Positions 61,724 through 64,000 of a stretch of 64,000 nt of DNA are shown here, piece by piece (within the stretch, counting starts at the first letter, position 1; each line of letters starts with the position of its first letter). A program made the position numbers and the translations under genes. This stretch comes from Octopus sinensis (Eukaryota). The notes under the pieces were generated by a model. That model was not told where the DNA came from and did not search any database. It was given only the letters and a program-made list of their open reading frames with translations. Where the stretch lies: assembly GCF_006345805.1 (NCBI RefSeq), contig NC_042997.1, positions 39,804,001 through 39,868,000 on the forward strand, written 5' to 3'.

Positions 61724-62138
61724 TATTTCTTTATTGCCCACAAGGGGCTAAACATAGAGGGGATAAACAAGGACAGACAAAGGGATTAAGTCGATTACAT
61801 CGACCCCAGTGCATAACTGGTACTTAATTTATTGACCCCGAAAGGATGAAAGGCAAAGTTGACCTCAGTGGAATTTGAACTCAGAACGTAACGGCAGACG
61901 GAATACCTATTTCTTTACTACCCACAGGGGGCTAAACACAGAAGGGACAAACAAGGACAGACAAACAGATTAAGTCGATTACATCAACCCCGATGTGTGA
62001 CTGGTACTTAATTTATCAACCCCGAAAGGATGAAAGGCAAAGTCGACCTTGGCCGAATTTGAACTCAGAATGTAATGGCAGACGAAATATGGCTACGCAT
62101 TTCGCCCGGTGTGCTATCGTTTCTGCCAGCTTGCCAAG
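61724..62138 (-). mobile_element. SINE family C dimer inserted in an old family-B SINE
   Basis: Two tandem bodies. TSD gtctctcagtttct at 61710-61723 and 62139-62152. Confidence 0.85.
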
Positions 62139-63054
62139 TGTCTCTCAGTTTCTGACTACCAATTTCACTCATAAGGTATTGGTCAGCTTGTGGTTATAGT
62201 ATAAAATGCCAGCTGACAACATTCACACAGTGGGACTAAACCTCTGACCACATGGTTTTTAAGGCTAACTTCTTTATGACACAGACACGCCTATATTTAG
62301 ATGTCGTATGTTATCATTTGGCCTTGTGTTTGGGCAATAATACTCCTCAATCAGAACTGAGCAACACATGCTATTTTGGTGCAGTCAGACGTCAATATTC
62401 CATTTTGTGTTTTAGTTAGAAATATATGATGCAATATGTGTATACTAGGATTATGGATGCATATGATTTTTCATAGTAGTAGTAGTAGAAGTAGTAGTAG
62501 TTGTTGTTGTTATAGCGGTGGTGGTGGTGGTAGTGTTATCTAAACAATCTCATGATTGCCTGATATGAAGTCAGGAACAGTGTCTTTAGCCTCTTGCTGC
62601 CTTCGTTGCTAACGAAAGGATTATTGCTCTCTCTCTCTCTCTCTCCTACGAGAGGACGGAGACTGTTTGATTAATATGTCAGTAGCGCAGTGTTGTGTGT
62701 AACAGTGAAAATAAATTCTTTAACAGCTGGTGAAGAACAAATACTATTCATTAAATGTGTAATTTAAATTTGAGAGGGAATGCAACTGGTAATTTTGATT
62801 GATTTGATGCTTGTAAGAATGAATGACAACATCGTCTCTATGGATGTATTGGATGAAACAGTAATGTTAGATCATAGAAAATTACGTGGCTGAAATAATT
62901 ATTTCTTATAATGGAATGAAACTTAAGAGCTTTAGGAGAAGGAATATGGGAAGTTGTGATAAACTGCTAATAAATTTCTTTGGAACCAGTTCCAATATTT
63001 GTCTGTCCTAAGACTATATTGAACAATAGATCATAAATATAGTTTATGTATACA

Positions 63055-63210
63055 GATGCAGGAACAGCTGTGTGGTTAAGATGTTTGACTTCCTGCCACT
63101 AGGTTTTGAGTTCAGTTCCATTGTGTGGAAGCTTGGACAAATGTCTTCTACTGTAGCCCCAGGCTGACCAAAGCATTGGGAGTGAATTTGGTAGATGGAA
63201 ACTGAACAAC
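63055..63210 (+). mobile_element. SINE family B 5' fragment (diverged)
   Basis: A/B boxes and central domain. Confidence 0.7.
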
Positions 63211-63367
63211 CTCACTTTCCATCTGGAGCATGAGAAAATATACAATGATATACTGAGGTTGATTTCATTGACTATGTTCACAAAAATCTCAATCATGAGT
63301 AAGCACATAAATGTGAAACAAGGTGGGAAAAAGAGTGCTCAAATACCAGAGGTGGAGTAATATAGAG

Positions 63368-63422
63368 TAACAAAACTGTCCGACGAATGGGAACATGCAA
63401 CTCTGAGTAACAGCTTTTGTTA
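63368..63422 (+). ncRNA. Degenerate hammerhead ribozyme-like motif
   Basis: UAACAAAACUGU-CCGACGA-AUG(GGAA)CAU-GCAA-CUC(U)GAG-UA-ACAGcUUUUGUUA. Confidence 0.45.
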
Positions 63423-64000
63423 TATTTCTGCTGCTTTTAAATAAAGCATATATATACTTGGAAATGGATGCGTGGCATTCAATTAAATAATAATATAAAT
63501 AATATATATAAATGTAAATCTAATTTTTGTACCCCTATTAATTCATACTTAGCTTATATAAGACAATACCGATATCTTCACAACTCAAAATAATTCAATT
63601 TAATTAAATTAGTATATAGTTAACATGTTCTTTAGCCTCAGTGCTCCTTTATTAAATACTAGTAAAATCCAATTGACCAATCTCCATAGATACCATCTAA
63701 TAAGTTAATATTTAGATAAATGATAAGTATAAATATTAAACTATTTCTATGTAATTTTCTTTTCCTCCCTCTATTGTAATAAAATTTGGTATATACTCAA
63801 AAGTATTCAAAGAAGTTTTCTCCTTTTGTTATAATATCATTCTTAATAATCTTCTTGATTACCCTAAATCTTAACTTTATACAATATAGCAATTGTTTGA
63901 AATGATCTTTAGAAATTACTTGATTTATCCCTTTCTTAAAGTGCTCTAGCCTCTTGATCTTAGTATTTATAAGGGCCTTTATATAAGTAGCCCTTCTAAT

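Overview
AT-rich, repeat-saturated animal genomic DNA. It is very probably octopus/cephalopod, inferred from the tRNA-derived SINE set, RTE tails and microsatellite load. Only one intact host gene is visible: a COQ8A/B (ADCK3/4, UbiB family) atypical kinase whose ~650-codon CDS has no introns (43211-45163, +). The rest is mostly mobile DNA: at least four tRNA-derived SINE families, many 5'-truncated copies of one RTE LINE (the longest, 48.6-50.8 kb, has a PHD-like finger inside its RT), CR1-like and HERO-like (RLE) LINE fragments, decayed Tc1/mariner elements and MITEs, TTAA MITEs and several non-autonomous Helitron-like elements. There is also a 5.76 kb, 26-bp two-variant satellite that appears to derive from the RTE 3' UTR module, and a 1.86 kb tandem duplication. 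Most notable are (i) Penelope-type fold-back remnants carrying minimal hammerhead-ribozyme motifs with covarying 3-8 core pairs (G3-C8, U3-A8), (ii) two independent SINE insertions that contain sequence copied from the same locus, (iii) the LINE-derived binary satellite and (iv) the intronless COQ8. All calls were made by eye with no database searches. Coordinates of decayed repeats are approximate, and SINE labels B/C/D are my own working names.
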